DNA from: Candidatus Alistipes stercorigallinarum
Lineage (GTDB): Bacteria; Bacteroidota; Bacteroidia; Bacteroidales; Rikenellaceae
Assembly: GCA_019119475.1 (NCBI GenBank)
Contig: DWWY01000001.1
Location: 12,260-76,259, forward strand
Reading direction: 5' to 3'
Length of the DNA: 64,000 nucleotides
The notes under the pieces were generated by a model. That model was not told where the DNA came from, ran no database searches, and saw only the letters and a list, made by a program, of their open reading frames with translations. Of this stretch, positions 8,128-16,802 are shown in pieces. How positions within the stretch are numbered: the first letter of the stretch is position 1; each line of letters begins with the position of its first letter. A program made the translations under genes and the position numbers.

Positions 8128-10533
8128 ATGAAAAATATCTTTAAATACGCGCTCTGCACCCTGTTGCTGGGTAGCCTGTTTGCCGGCTGCGAGAAGGAGA
8201 CGACTCCCGAGCGGGTGAACGTGCAGAACCCGAGCGAGCAGGAGCAGATTCATCGCGACAACGCCTACTACCAGCGTCTGCGCGAATACAAGAAGACCGA
8301 CCACAAGGTCGCATTCGGCTGGTACGGAAGCTGGACCGCAATGGGCCCCTCGTTCCAGACCCGCATTTCCAACTGCCCCGACTCGATGGACATCATCTCC
8401 ATCTGGAGCCAGTGGCACACGCTCACTCCCGCCCAGATTGCCGACAAGGAGTTCGTCCAGAAGGTCAAGGGTACGAAGGTGACCTATACCATCTTCTCGG
8501 ACAAGATGCCCGAGCCTTTTGCTTCGATGTTCGAGGACCCCTACAGCGATGAGGCCATCGAGGCCTACGCCAAGGCCTATTGCAAGGACTCGATGGACAA
8601 GTACAACTACGACGGTATCGACATCGACTATGAGCCGGGTTATGGTGCCAGCGGTCCCTTCGTGGGCAACCCCGCACCGGAGCTCTTCAACAAGCTGATT
8701 GTGGCGATGGGCAAGTACGTGGGTCCCAAGTCGGGAACCGGCCGCCTGTTCATGATTGACGGTGTGCCCTATGCCGTGCGCGGCGAGTATGTCGAGTATT
8801 TCGACTACGGTATCGTACAGGCCTATGCATCGAGCGGATATACCGACCTCCAGAACCGTTTCAACAACGCCTACGATGCAGGCTGGAAGCCCGAACAGTA
8901 TATCTTTGCCGAAAACTTCGAGTCCTATTGGAAGAACGGCGGCGTGGACCATCGTACGCGTGACGGCCAGACGGTCAATTCGCTGCTGGGTATGGCGCTC
9001 TTCAACCCGACGCAGGGTGAGGGCGGCGGCTTCGGTGCCTACCACATGGAGTACGAGTATGCCCACAACGACATGCCCTACAAGTACATGCGCCGCGCCA
9101 TCCAGGCCGTGAACCCCGCCCCCATCGGCGACTACTCGAAGACGCTGGTGGCCATCAACGAGGCCGGTAACGAGTCGTTCGAGGTGAGCGTGACTCCTTC
9201 GGGCGTCGTTTACGGCGATGTCACCACCACGCTTTCGGCTCGCCTGTCGCAGGTGGTCGAGGCCGATACCGACATCACGCTTGCTGTTGACAACACGCTT
9301 GTCGAGAGCTTCAACAAGGACAACGGTACCGAATACCAGACACTCGATGCCGCTCTGGTTACCTTCTCCGGCCCGCTTCATTTTGCAGCCGGCGCCGAGA
9401 AGAGCGAAAGCGACGTGACCGTGACGGTCGATGTCGCAGGGCTGGCCGACGGCGAATACCTCGTTCCTGTTCTCCCGGCCCTTCCCAATGGTTTCGGCTA
9501 TGACGAGACGGGCTATGTGAAGTATCTGATTATCACCAAGGGCACTACGACCATCAAGGTATCGACCATGGGTGACGTGGTGGAGAACATCTCGGTTCTC
9601 TCGCTGCTCGACGGCGGTTACAGCGCCGAGGTCGAGACGACGCTCTCGGCGCAGCTCTCGCTGGGAGCCGTTACCGACATCCAGTTCGGTTATGTCGTGG
9701 ACAACTCGCTTGTCGAGGCCTACAACGAGGCAAACGGCACTGAATACATGATGATTGAGGAGTCCGATGTTACCGTGAGCGGCAAGCTGTCGGTAGCGGC
9801 CGAGGCTACGACGTCGACCGGTGAGCTGACGGTTTCGGTTGCCGACCTGTCGGTCTTCGAGGCGGGTCATACGATGATTGCCCTGCGTCCCGACCTGGAG
9901 TCGCTGAACGACTACGAGGCCGATGCCGAGCGTGGCGTGAAGTACCTGTTGGTTTATCTCGGTGAGGAGAACCTTGCCGCCGAGCAGAACCTCGAACCCT
10001 TCGAGGATAACTGCACGATGATTGACAACGCGAACAACAAGCTCGGTTGGACGGTCGACATCGTCAACCTGAACACCTCCATCGGCGGTACGGGCGTCTG
10101 GGACTTCGACGGCGCGGATGCAGTTACCAAGCTCTTCAACGGCCGTAATGCGAAGAACGACAACGGATTCTATGCCATCTTCAACAACTACTACTCCTGG
10201 CGAGTGGGCGTCGGCGGCCGCATGACCATCGACATGAAGGAGAGCTACTCGGTAAGCACCGTTGCCTGGGGCGTTTGCTACAACAATATGACCTACTCGG
10301 TGAAGACCATCCGCAATGTCGAGATTTCGGCCGACGGCAAGACCTGGATACGTCAGGATGCCGACGGCGTGACGATTGCCCAGGCTACGGGCGACAACGG
10401 CGTCATGCAGTGGTTCACCTTCGCCAAGCCGGTAGAGGCCCGCTACATCCGCTTCGACATCACCGACCGCTACGATACCTCGAGTAATTTCTGCGGTATG
10501 CGTGAGCTCGAAATCTGGAGCCCGAAGAACTAA
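8128..10533 (+). CDS. Multidomain lipoprotein: GH18 endo-beta-N-acetylglucosaminidase (BT1044-like) + two DUF1735-like domains + F5/8 type C (CBM32-like) domain
   Basis: Lipobox FAGC; YYQRLREYKK..HKVAFGWY start; intact DGIDIDYE motif at 8611-8634; two repeats containing VDNTLVESFNKDNGTEY / VDNSLVEAYNEANGTEY; C-terminal FAKPVEARYIRFDI...MRELEIW. Confidence 0.85.
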   Translation: MKNIFKYALCTLLLGSLFAGCEKETTPERVNVQNPSEQEQIHRDNAYYQRLREYKKTDHKVAFGWYGSWTAMGPSFQTRISNCPDSMDIISIWSQWHTLTPAQIADKEFVQKVKGTKVTYTIFSDKMPEPFASMFEDPYSDEAIEAYAKAYCKDSMDKYNYDGIDIDYEPGYGASGPFVGNPAPELFNKLIVAMGKYVGPKSGTGRLFMIDGVPYAVRGEYVEYFDYGIVQAYASSGYTDLQNRFNNAYDAGWKPEQYIFAENFESYWKNGGVDHRTRDGQTVNSLLGMALFNPTQGEGGGFGAYHMEYEYAHNDMPYKYMRRAIQAVNPAPIGDYSKTLVAINEAGNESFEVSVTPSGVVYGDVTTTLSARLSQVVEADTDITLAVDNTLVESFNKDNGTEYQTLDAALVTFSGPLHFAAGAEKSESDVTVTVDVAGLADGEYLVPVLPALPNGFGYDETGYVKYLIITKGTTTIKVSTMGDVVENISVLSLLDGGYSAEVETTLSAQLSLGAVTDIQFGYVVDNSLVEAYNEANGTEYMMIEESDVTVSGKLSVAAEATTSTGELTVSVADLSVFEAGHTMIALRPDLESLNDYEADAERGVKYLLVYLGEENLAAEQNLEPFEDNCTMIDNANNKLGWTVDIVNLNTSIGGTGVWDFDGADAVTKLFNGRNAKNDNGFYAIFNNYYSWRVGVGGRMTIDMKESYSVSTVAWGVCYNNMTYSVKTIRNVEISADGKTWIRQDADGVTIAQATGDNGVMQWFTFAKPVEARYIRFDITDRYDTSSNFCGMRELEIWSPKN

Positions 10534-10556
10534 TCCGACCCAATTCAAAAACGAAA

Positions 10557-11720
10557 ATGACTATGAAACTGAAATATTTAGCATTTCCGCTGCTTTTCGC
10601 CGCAGCTCTTGCAACGGGTTGCCAGGAATCGGCGGAGTACGAACCCGTCGTCTACATGACGGATGCGCAGTCGGTGCCCTCGATGAGTGTGACCATCGAC
10701 GAACTTCCGGCCAGCACAGCCGTCTCGGTGACCGCGTCGGAGAAGGTTTCGCATGACCTCGAGGTGACGCTCGAGCTGCGTCCCGACCTGGTCGATTCCT
10801 ACAACCTCAAGTACGGCAAGAACTATCTGCCTCTGCCTGAGGGAAGTTACGAGTTCCTGAACGACAAGGTGGTCATCTCGGCCGGTTTCACCACCTCGTC
10901 GATGGCCGACTTCACGGTGACCTCGATGGATGACTTCGCCGAGGGCGCAACCTACTGCATGCCGGTAAGCATCCAGTCGGTCAACGGCTCGATGGGCATT
11001 CTCGAACCGTCGCGTACGGTCTACATCGTCTTCAAGACTCCGGTTATCAGCAAGGCCATTATGCTGGGCAGCGGCAACGTCTACAAGATTCCGTCGTTCC
11101 AGGAGACCTCAAGTCTTGCCGAGATGCCGCAGCTGACGCTCGAGGCGCGTGTCTTCATGGAGCGTTTTGCAAGCAGCGACCCCTACATTTCGTCGATTAT
11201 GGGTATCGAGGGCATGTGTGGCGTCCGTTTCGGCGACGTGAAAATCGACCCCAACGTGCTGCAGATTTGCCACGACAGCTACCAGCCGGCCGCAACGGAC
11301 AAACCGTTCGACACGAACAAGTGGTACCACGTGGCTGCCGTATGGACCGGTTCGTCGTGGGACATCTATATCGACGGCCAGTATGCGACGGGTACTCCGA
11401 CGCAGGGCGAGATGATGAACCTGACGAGCGACAACTCGGGTGGTTTCTACCTCGGAGCATCCTATGGCGGCGGCCGTTACCTCTACGGCTACATCGCCGA
11501 GGCCCGCGTATGGAGCCGCGCACTCTCGCAGAACGAAATCGCCAACAACATGAACTACGTCGACCCGACGTCGGAGGGCCTGGTGGCCTACTGGCGCATG
11601 AACGCATGGGAGCCCAATCCGAATGGAAGCGGCAACATCGTGCGCGATGAAACGGGCCACGGACACGATGCCGTCGGCGGTTCGGACAACCCGACGATGA
11701 TGGATACCCGCTGGTTGTAA
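10557..11720 (+). CDS. DUF1735 + LamG/ConA-like surface glycan-binding lipoprotein
   Basis: Lipobox ATGC, DLVDSYNLKYGKNY.PLPEGSY (DUF1735), KWYHVAAVW..IYIDG and IAEARVWSRALS (LamG). Confidence 0.85.
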   Translation: MTMKLKYLAFPLLFAAALATGCQESAEYEPVVYMTDAQSVPSMSVTIDELPASTAVSVTASEKVSHDLEVTLELRPDLVDSYNLKYGKNYLPLPEGSYEFLNDKVVISAGFTTSSMADFTVTSMDDFAEGATYCMPVSIQSVNGSMGILEPSRTVYIVFKTPVISKAIMLGSGNVYKIPSFQETSSLAEMPQLTLEARVFMERFASSDPYISSIMGIEGMCGVRFGDVKIDPNVLQICHDSYQPAATDKPFDTNKWYHVAAVWTGSSWDIYIDGQYATGTPTQGEMMNLTSDNSGGFYLGASYGGGRYLYGYIAEARVWSRALSQNEIANNMNYVDPTSEGLVAYWRMNAWEPNPNGSGNIVRDETGHGHDAVGGSDNPTMMDTRWL

Positions 11721-11761
11721 TCCCTGCGGGACCCGCAACAGCCGGGTAACCGTTTAGCAAG

Positions 11762-11812
11762 AGGCCGTGCGGTCGCGTCGCGTCGAGACGCAGCGACTGT
11801 ACGGCCTTTTTT
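11762..11812 (+). terminator. Long intrinsic terminator after the LamG gene
   Basis: Stem aggccgtgcggtcgc / gcgactgtacggcct (with G-U pairs) followed by a T tract. Confidence 0.8.
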
Positions 11813-11915
11813 CCATATCCGCCGGCGGCGAATGCCGGGACTGCGGGAAAAGGGTCCTGTCGGGGGGACAAGTCCGATACTGAAATCCATGAACATCACA
11901 AGAACCAAGAGAACC

Positions 11916-13964
11916 ATGAAAACCATCCGTTTGACGGTCGGCTGCCTACTGGCGGCCCTTCTGGCGGGAGCCTGCAGTCACGATGCGCCGTCGGGTCCGG
12001 GCATCATTCCCGTCCCGCAGTCGGTCGAGTGGGGCAAGGGCCATTTCGAGATGCCCGACACGCTCCTTTACGGCGACAACCTTCCGGCATCGGAACACGA
12101 CGACCTGGCAGCCTGGTGCCGCACGTCGCCTCTGCCGCTCCGCGAGGCCCAAAGCGACGAGTACGCACCGCTTCAGCTCCAGCGTACGGGCGAGGGCCCG
12201 GCCGAGGGGTACCGCCTCGAGGTGAGCCCTGCGGGGGTCGAAATCACGGCTTCCGATGCCGCCGGCCTCTTCTACGGTCTGCAGTCGCTCTGCCAGCTGG
12301 CCGAGCACTACGGCGGGTGCATCCCGGCGGTGCGGATTGACGACGCGCCCCGTTTCGGTTATCGCGGCTACATGCTCGACGTCTCGCGCCATTTCCGCGA
12401 TGCGGAGTTCGTGAAGAGCCAGCTCGACCTGATGGCGCGCTACAAGCTCAACCGCTTCCACTGGCATCTGACCGACGGGGCGGGGTGGCGCATCGAAATC
12501 CGCCGCTATCCCGAGCTGACCGACTTCGCCGCATGGCGTCCCGAGGCGACGTGGAGTGCCTGGACGGCCAACGGCAAACGCTATTGCCACCGCGACGACC
12601 CCGCAGCCCAGGGCGGCTACTATACGCAGGAGGAGATTCGCGAGGTGGTCGAGTATGCGCGCCAGCGCCACATCACGGTGATTCCCGAAATCGAGATGCC
12701 GGGCCACAGCGAGGAGGTGACCTCCACCTATCCCGGGCTCTCGTGCAGCGGCCGGCCCTACGTCGATGCGGACCTCTGCATCGGCAACGAGCAGACCTTC
12801 GCCTTCGTCGAGGGGGTGCTCGAGGAGGTGATGGAGCTCTTCCCCTCGGAGTATATCCACATCGGCGGCGACGAGGCGACCAAGCGGTCGTGGCCCGACT
12901 GTCCCAAGTGCCGCGAGCGGATGCGCCGCGAGGGGCTGGCCGGCGTCGACGAGCTGCAGAGCTACATGATTCACCGCGTGGAGCAGTTCCTCAACGCCCG
13001 CGGGCGGCGCCTGCTCGGCTGGGATGAAATCCTCCAGGGCGGCCTGGCCCCCAACGCCACGGTGATGTCGTGGCGCGGTGTGTCGGGCGGCATCGAGGCG
13101 GCCCGTGCCGGGCACGATGCCATCATGTCGCCGTCGGACTACTGCTACCTGGACTACTGCCAGGACGACCCCCGCAAGATGGTCGAGGCCCCCTTCGCCT
13201 TCCTTCCGCTCGAACGGGTCTACGGCTACGACCCGGCGCCCGATTCGCTGGGTGCCGAGGTGACGGGGCGGATTCTCGGCGTGCAGGGCAATCTCTGGTG
13301 CGAGCATGTCCCGACGGCGCGCGATGCCGAGGAGCATGCGTGGCCCCGCCTGCTGGCCGTGGCCGAGGTGGGGTGGAGCGCTCCGGAGCGCAAGGACTTT
13401 GCCGACTTCCGCACCCGGGCGCTCGAAGCCGTGGCATGGATGCAGCGTCGGGGACATACGCCCTTCGACCTCGAGCACGAGGTGGGTCCCCGTCCCGAAT
13501 CGCTGACGCCCTGCCGCTCGCTCTCGACGGGGTGCCCCGTAGCGTACGACCCGCCCTGCAGCGAGAAGTACCGTGCGGCGGGCGACGGCTCGCTCACCGA
13601 CGGCCTCCGCGGCGGCTGGAACTATGCCGACGGCCGCTGGCAGGGGTGGCTCGATACGGATGTCGCCGTGACGGTCGACCTGGGCAGGGTGCGCCCCGTG
13701 AAGCGGCTGGCGGCCGACTTCATGCAGAACTATTTCGCCGACATCCTGCTGCCCGAGTCGGTCGAGTTCTCCGTCTCGGACGACGGCGAGGAGTTCCGCC
13801 TGCTCGGGAGCGTCGCTGCGCCGGTAGCGCCCGACGCGCTGTCGGGCTACTACGAGACCTATGCCTGGGAGGGCGACGCCTCGTGCCGCTACGTGCGGCT
13901 GCGGGCGAAGCACAACGGCCGTCCCGGCAAGTGGATTTTCACCGACGAGGTGGTTGTCGAGTGA
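11916..13964 (+). CDS. GH20 beta-N-acetylhexosaminidase lipoprotein with C-terminal F5/8-type domain
   Basis: DAPRFGYRGYMLDVSRHF, FHWHLTDGAGWR, IPEIEMPGH, catalytic HIGGDE, GVQGNLWCE; lipobox AGAC. Start 11916 (11889 possible). Confidence 0.93.
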   Translation: MKTIRLTVGCLLAALLAGACSHDAPSGPGIIPVPQSVEWGKGHFEMPDTLLYGDNLPASEHDDLAAWCRTSPLPLREAQSDEYAPLQLQRTGEGPAEGYRLEVSPAGVEITASDAAGLFYGLQSLCQLAEHYGGCIPAVRIDDAPRFGYRGYMLDVSRHFRDAEFVKSQLDLMARYKLNRFHWHLTDGAGWRIEIRRYPELTDFAAWRPEATWSAWTANGKRYCHRDDPAAQGGYYTQEEIREVVEYARQRHITVIPEIEMPGHSEEVTSTYPGLSCSGRPYVDADLCIGNEQTFAFVEGVLEEVMELFPSEYIHIGGDEATKRSWPDCPKCRERMRREGLAGVDELQSYMIHRVEQFLNARGRRLLGWDEILQGGLAPNATVMSWRGVSGGIEAARAGHDAIMSPSDYCYLDYCQDDPRKMVEAPFAFLPLERVYGYDPAPDSLGAEVTGRILGVQGNLWCEHVPTARDAEEHAWPRLLAVAEVGWSAPERKDFADFRTRALEAVAWMQRRGHTPFDLEHEVGPRPESLTPCRSLSTGCPVAYDPPCSEKYRAAGDGSLTDGLRGGWNYADGRWQGWLDTDVAVTVDLGRVRPVKRLAADFMQNYFADILLPESVEFSVSDDGEEFRLLGSVAAPVAPDALSGYYETYAWEGDASCRYVRLRAKHNGRPGKWIFTDEVVVE

Positions 13965-13986
13965 CGACCGGCCCCGCGCCTGTATG

Positions 13987-14028
13987 CGGCTCCCGTCCCT
14001 TTGCGCAAGGGGCGGGAGCCGTTGTTTT
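13987..14028 (+). terminator. Intrinsic terminator after GH20
   Basis: cggctcccgtccctt-tgcgc-aaggggcgggagccg followed by ttgtttt. Confidence 0.7.
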
Positions 14029-14144
14029 CGCGATGGGGGAGGGAGGGGCTCTCCGCAACGCGGACCTCGGTTGCTGCGGATGGTCTCCCGGCGTTTCGGC
14101 CCGTTTCTTGATGCGCACCGGTGCGGACAAACAATTCGTGGAGT

Positions 14145-14837
14145 ATGGGATTTGATTTCCGGGCCCCGTTCCGCCGGATTCGGCCCGCGATGGTGGCGGC
14201 AAGCTGTGCCGGGGTTGTCCTGGCCTATCTGACGGGGATGCTTGTGACGGGCCCCTTCCATCGGGCTTCGGGCAGCATGGGGGCGATGCTGGCCTGTACG
14301 TCGGCCGTGGTGGTGCTGCAGACCCCGGGCCTGCGCGAGTCGCTGCGCGCCGGACTGCTTCGGGTTGCGGGCACGGCAATCGGGGCGCTGCTCGCCTATC
14401 TCTATCTGCGGCTCTTTGCCTTTTCGACCTTCGGGATGATGTGCTCCGTGGCGCTGCTCGTCACGTTGAGCATGTTGCTCGGCATTCCCGACAACGGCCG
14501 CATGGCAACCATCACGCTGCTGGCCATCCTGCTCGTCTCGCAGCAGAACCATGCGCTCGCCCCGGGGATGAACTGCCTGCTGCGCTTCGTCGAGTCGGCG
14601 CTCGGTGTGGCCATTGGGGTCGTGCTGGCATGGGCCTCGTCGCGGCTCTCCCCGCCGGCTGCGGCCGCACAGCCCGTGCAGTGCCCGCCGGCTGCGCCCG
14701 TCCCGTGCCGCCCCGCAGCCGCTCCGGAACCGGCCGCGGCATCCGTGCCTGTACCTGCCTCGGACCCCACTTCGGACTCCGCCGCGGCCGCCGCGAACAA
14801 AAAAGAGACCGGCTCCCCGCGGGAAGCCGGTCTCTGA
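14145..14837 (+). CDS. FUSC / aromatic acid exporter-family membrane protein with Pro/Ala-rich tail
   Basis: Several TM helices, ACTSAVVVLQ, LLRVAGTAIGALLA, LLRFVESALGVAIG. Confidence 0.75.
   Translation: MGFDFRAPFRRIRPAMVAASCAGVVLAYLTGMLVTGPFHRASGSMGAMLACTSAVVVLQTPGLRESLRAGLLRVAGTAIGALLAYLYLRLFAFSTFGMMCSVALLVTLSMLLGIPDNGRMATITLLAILLVSQQNHALAPGMNCLLRFVESALGVAIGVVLAWASSRLSPPAAAAQPVQCPPAAPVPCRPAAAPEPAAASVPVPASDPTSDSAAAAANKKETGSPREAGL
14799..14835 (-). terminator. Intrinsic terminator of rnpB, overlapping the last codons of the FUSC gene
   Basis: Perfect 11-bp stem agagaccggct / agccggtctct with an A6 tract on + (U tract on -). Confidence 0.75.
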
Positions 14838-14840
14838 GGT

Positions 14841-15212
14841 GTGCAGGTCCTGTAAGCCGGGTTCTGTCCCCGGAGTTGCCTCCGGGTCTCTGTCATTTAT
14901 CTAGGGCGGCAGTCTCCTGCCGTCTCAAGCAACCTACCCCCCGGCATCGGGCGAGCAACCCTTAATTGCCGGTATACATGGTCTTGCAACCCACGAGACG
15001 TACGGCCAGATGACATCGCTGCCTCTGCGGTGGGCTCTTACCCCGCCTTTTCACCCTTACCACCGCTCCGGGCGAACCCGGGATGCGGGGCGGTTATTCT
15101 CTGTTACGCTCCTATACCCTCACGGATATCAAGTGATTGGCTTGCGTGGCGCTCTGCGTTGCCCGGACTTTCCTCCCCCGGACGAACCGGCGGCGACAGA
15201 GCGGACCTGCAC
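14841..15212 (-). ncRNA. rnpB: RNase P RNA, bacterial type A
   Basis: Minus strand has GAGGAAAGUCC near the 5' end and ACAGAACCCGGCUUA near the 3' end; termini GUGCAGGUCC / GGACCUGCAC pair as P1; about 372 nt. Confidence 0.97.
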
Positions 15213-15214
15213 GG

Positions 15215-15222
15215 CAAAGGTA
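15215..15222 (-). promoter_or_regulatory. -7 box (TACCTTTG) of rnpB
   Basis: CAAAGGTA on +, 2 nt from the predicted RNA 5' end. Confidence 0.8.
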
Positions 15223-15455
15223 GGAATTAATGCGCGAAAAACCGCTGTGTCGGCCGAAAAATCCGCCGTTTCGCCTCCCCGCCACGCCGGGATGCCTCCG
15301 GACGGGGCTCTTCCCTCCATCCGTCATGCGGCCTGCGGACGGTTGTCCGGCGTCGCGGCAAATAGGCCAATAGGGCGAATGGGGCGGAAGAAGCGAGTAG
15401 AGCGAATGGGGCGGTCGGAATGGGTGGCGGGCCCGAACGGATGGGCCGAATCGAA

Positions 15456-15522
15456 CGGATGGCGCGGATGGCGCGGATGGCGCGAATGGCGCGAACCGGC
15501 GGGCTGCGGCGGGCTGCGGCGG
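15456..15522. repeat. Short tandem repeats: 9-mer cggatggcg x3 plus variants, then 10-mer gggctgcggc x2
   Basis: Read directly between rnpB and batB. Confidence 0.8.
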
Positions 15523-15542
15523 TTCGCGTGCGCCGAGTGTGC

Positions 15543-15614
15543 AAAAAAAAGTAACCCGGAAGGCCGGAGCGACACGTCGTCCCGGCCCTTCGGTGGTGAG
15601 GGACGACCGGGTTA
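15543..15614 (-). terminator. Probable terminator of the bat operon
   Basis: taacccgg...ccgggtta outer stem with an inner gaaggccgg / ccggccctt stem and an A8 tract on +. Confidence 0.6.
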
Positions 15615-16646
15615 CCGTCTCTTCTTCTCGCGGAAGATGTTCAGATGGGCCAGCAGCGGGTTGCGGCGGTCGAGCAGCACGAACTCGAAGAGCAGGATGA
15701 CGAGCGCCAGTGCCAGCAGATAGGGGTACTGTTCGTTGAACTCCTCGAACTTGACGGTCGAAAACTCCGTCTGCTCCATGTCGTTGATGCTCTTGACGAT
15801 TTCGTCGAGTCCGATGGACTGTTTCGACGAGCGGACATAGGCTCCGTCGGTCAGCTCGGCAATCTTGCGGAGCGTCTCCTCGTCGAGCTTCGAGACCACC
15901 ATGTCTCCCTTGGCGTCCTTGATGAATTCGCCGTTAATCTGGATGGGAGCACCTTCGGGGGTGCCGATGCCGATGGTGTAGATGCGGATGCCCGCCTCGG
16001 CAGCCTGCCGGGCCACCTCCAGTGCGTCGTCCTCGTGGTTTTCGCCGTCGGTGATGAGGATGATGACGCGGCTGTGGCTGTCGGCCGTCTCGCCCGAGAA
16101 GGAGAGCAGCGCCTGCGAGAGCGCCTTGCCGATGGCCGTGCCCTGGACGTCGGCCAGCGAGGGGTCGATGCGCCGGGCGAAGGCCTTGGCCATGCGGTAG
16201 TCCGAGGTGATGGGGAGCTGCACCTTCGGCTCGCCGGCGAAGACGATGAGTCCCACGCGGTCCTGATGCAGCCCGTCGAAGAGCTTGTTGATGGCGTATT
16301 TGGTCCGCTCGAGGCGGTTGGGTTCGAAGTCCTCGGCCAGCATCGAGTTCGAGATGTCGACCACGAGCATCATCTCGACGCCCTGGCTCTTCTGTTCGCG
16401 GAGTTTCGACCCGAACTGCGGGCGTGCGGCGGCGAGGATGAGGAGCATCATCGCCGTGCAGAAGAGGATGAACTTGAACTTCACGCGCCCCGTCGAGACG
16501 TCGGGCATCAGCTCGCGCAGCACGTCGAGATGGCCGAAGCGTTCGAGCCGTTTGCGGCGGCTGCGTGCGGCCGCCCAGAAGAGCGCCACGAGCAGCGGCA
16601 GCAGCCAGAGCAGCCAGAGGTATTGCGGATTGGCAAAGCGGAACAT
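15612..16646 (-). CDS. batB: BatB-like VWA-domain membrane protein
   Basis: MFRFANPQYLWLL, ARPQFG, VDISNSMLAEDFEPNRLERTK, LITDGENHE, GIGTPEGAPI. Confidence 0.88.
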   Translation of the reverse strand: MFRFANPQYLWLLWLLPLLVALFWAAARSRRKRLERFGHLDVLRELMPDVSTGRVKFKFILFCTAMMLLILAAARPQFGSKLREQKSQGVEMMLVVDISNSMLAEDFEPNRLERTKYAINKLFDGLHQDRVGLIVFAGEPKVQLPITSDYRMAKAFARRIDPSLADVQGTAIGKALSQALLSFSGETADSHSRVIILITDGENHEDDALEVARQAAEAGIRIYTIGIGTPEGAPIQINGEFIKDAKGDMVVSKLDEETLRKIAELTDGAYVRSSKQSIGLDEIVKSINDMEQTEFSTVKFEEFNEQYPYLLALALVILLFEFVLLDRRNPLLAHLNIFREKKRR

Positions 16647-16802
16647 AGCGGAATGGGGTCCGACCGGAGGGTGTTACGTGGGGGATGCCGCCTCGTCTCC
16701 GGTCGGAGCTTTCGGGCGCCGGTCAGGCGCTCCCGACGCGGGGCATCCTCTCCCGATGGGGTTGCGCGCCTCCGGCGGGAGTGTCCGGAGGCGCTGCGCC
16801 GG

